Shown here: positions 62,401 through 64,000 of the stretch, piece by piece | How the letters are laid out: each line of letters starts with the position of its first letter | How positions within the stretch are numbered: the stretch's first letter is position 1 | DNA from: Eledone cirrhosa | Taxonomy: Eukaryota | Length of the DNA: 64,000 nucleotides | Reading direction: 5' to 3' | Assembly (NCBI GenBank): GCA_964016885.1 | Contig: OZ024743.1 | Coordinates: 130,634,001-130,698,000 of the forward strand | The notes under the pieces: generated by a model | Database searches by the model: none | What the model saw: only the letters and a program-made list of their open reading frames with translations | What the model was told of the DNA's origin: nothing | Program-made: the position numbers and the translations under genes

Positions 62401-64000
62401 TTTGGTGCTTGGTGTTTGGTTTTTGGTGCTTGGTGCGTGGGACCTGGTGTTTGGTGCTTGGTGTTTGGTGCTTGGTGTTTGGTGCTTGGTGCCTGGTGCT
62501 TGGTGTTTGGTGTTTGGTGCTTGGTGTTTGGTGCTTGGTGTTTGGTACTTGGTGTTCGGTGCTTGGTGCTTGGTGCTTGGTGCTTGGTGTTTGGTGTTTG
62601 GTGCTTGGTGCTTGGTGTTTGATGTTTGGTCCTTGGTGCTTGGTGTTTGGTGTTGTGTGCTTGGTGCTTGGTGCTTGGTGTTTGGTGCTTGGTGCTTGGT
62701 GCTTGGTGTTTGGCGTTTGCTGTTTGCTGTTTGGTGTTTGGTGTTTGCTGTTTGGTGTTTGCTGTTTGGTGTTTGGTGTTTGGTGCTTGGTGCTTGGTGT
62801 TTGCTGCTTGGTGCTTGGTGCTTGGTGTTTGGTCCTTGGTGCTTGGTGCTTGGTCTTTGGTGCTTGGGTTTTGGTGTTTGGTGCTTGGTGCTTGGTGCTT
62901 GGTGCTTGGTGCTTGGTGTTTCGTGCTTGCTGCTTGGTGCTTGGTGTTTGGTGCTTGGTGCTTGGTGATTAGTGTTTGGTGATTGGTGCTTCGGGTTTGG
63001 TGTTTGGGGCTTGGTGTTTGGTGCTTGGTGCTTGCTGTTTGGTGATTGGTGTTTGGTTCTTGGTGCTTGGTGTTTGGTGTTTGGTGTTTGGTGCTTGGTG
63101 CTTGGTGCTTGGTGTTTGGTGCTTGGTGCTTGGTGCTTGGTGTTTGGTGCTGCGTGCTTGGTGTTTGGTGTTTGGTGCTTGGTGCCTGGTGCTTGTTGTT
63201 TGGTGTTTGGTGCTTAGTGCTTGGTGTTTGGTGTTTGGTGCTTGGTGCTTGGTGGCTGGTGTTTGGTGCTTGGTGTTTGGAGTTTGGTGCTTGGTGCTTG
63301 GTGCCTGGTGTTTCGTGCTTGGTGCTTGGTGCTTGGTGTTTGGTGTATGGTGCTTGGTGTTTGGTGTTTGGTACTTGGTGCTTGGTGCTTGGTGCTTGGT
63401 GTTTGGTGCTTGGTGTTTGATGCTGCGTGCTTGGTGTTTGGTGTTTGGTGCTTGGTGCTTGGTGTTTGGTGTTTGGAGCTTGGTGCCTGGTGCTTGTTGT
63501 TTGGTGTTTGGCGCTTGGTGCTTGGTGTTTGGTGTTTGGTGCTTGGTGCTTGGTGCTTGGTATCTGGTGTTTGGGGCTTGATGTTTGGTGTTTGGTGCTT
63601 GGTGTTTGGTGTTTGATGCTTGGTGCTTGGTGTTTGGTGCTTGGTGTTTGATGCTTGGTGTTTGATGCTTGGTGTTTGCTGCTTGGTGCTTGGTGCTTGG
63701 TGTTTTGTGTTTGGTGCTTGGTGCTTGGAGCCTGGTGCTTGGTGCTTGGTGCTTGTTGTTTGGTGCTTGGTGCTTGGTGATTAGTGTTTGGTGCTTCGTG
63801 CTTGCGGTTTGGTGTTTGGTGCCTGGGGTTTGGTGTTTGGTGCTTGGTGCTTGGTGTTTGGTGCTTGGTGCTTGGTGTTTGGTGTTTGCTGTCTGGTGTT
63901 TGCTGTTTGGTGTTTGGTGTTTGGTGCTTGCTGTTTGGTGCTTGGTGCTTGGTGTTTGGTGTTTGGTGTTTGGTGCTTGGTTCTTGGTGTTTGGTGCTTG

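Larger units (their letters stand above)
1..64000. repeat. 7-bp tandem satellite (YTTGGTG)n, ~9,140 monomers, one orientation, open at both window edges
   Basis: The sequence parses as CTTGGTG/TTTGGTG plus mostly single-substitution variants from position 4 to the end. The + strand is almost all G/T with very few A. No inversion or non-repeat insert was seen. Confidence 0.99.

Noticed and set aside
1-63651. Hundreds of + strand W/C/L/V/G-rich ORFs resembling membrane proteins
   Set aside because: They overlap in all three frames with the same heptad, many start at repeat-derived TTG/GTG, and they end at sporadic variant monomers. There is no unique domain.
1-64000. CRISPR array, with variant landmarks as repeats
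   Set aside because: There are no unique spacers, leader or cas genes; the intervening DNA is the same heptamer.
1-64000. Immunoglobulin switch-like region (TGCT fits the WRCY AID hotspot; occasional GAGCT and GGGGT)
   Set aside because: GAGCT and GGGGT are rare one-step variants, the array is much longer than known switch regions, there are no flanking exons, and the C/T pattern is stably inherited across duplications.
1-64000. Canonical telomere tract, or RIP-mutated fungal repeat
   Set aside because: There are no TTAGGG, TTTAGGG or TTAGG runs. The abundant minus-strand CpA sites are mostly intact (TAG and GTA variants are rare on +), arguing against heavy RIP.
1-64000. Bacterial short heptamer repeats (STRR-like), or a purely synthetic or sequencing artefact
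   Set aside because: Bacterial heptamer tracts are typically tens to hundreds of bp between genes. The nested, diverged duplications with shared variants look evolved rather than like polymerase slippage, though local misassembly cannot be excluded.

Overview
The whole 64-kb window is one uninterrupted, single-orientation tandem array of a 7-bp monomer, YTTGGTG (CTTGGTG/TTTGGTG; minus strand CACCAAR), about 9,140 copies. There is no unique sequence, credible gene, RNA gene, transposon or CRISPR array. All listed ORFs are read-throughs of the repeat: WCLV(L/F)G(A/V) heptads on +, (A/T)P(S/N)TKHQ heptads on -. The information lies in the C/T choice at monomer position 1 and in rare variant monomers (ATTAGTG, CTTCTG, TTTCGTA, CATGGTG, CTAGGGG and others). 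These act as landmarks and reveal a layered architecture: 7-bp monomers, then ~0.1-0.9 kb shuffled modules, then overlapping near-identical higher-order duplications whose period changes along the window (~2015, 7620, 3465, 3696, ~6400, ~6150 and 4200 bp). The 7-bp phase is very strongly conserved: I found only 24 phase-breaking units, of 6 types. This best fits a eukaryotic satellite (centromeric, pericentromeric, subtelomeric or telomere-like); organism and function cannot be determined from the sequence. Coordinates were derived by eye and from offsets between matching ORFs, so block edges are approximate to a few monomers.
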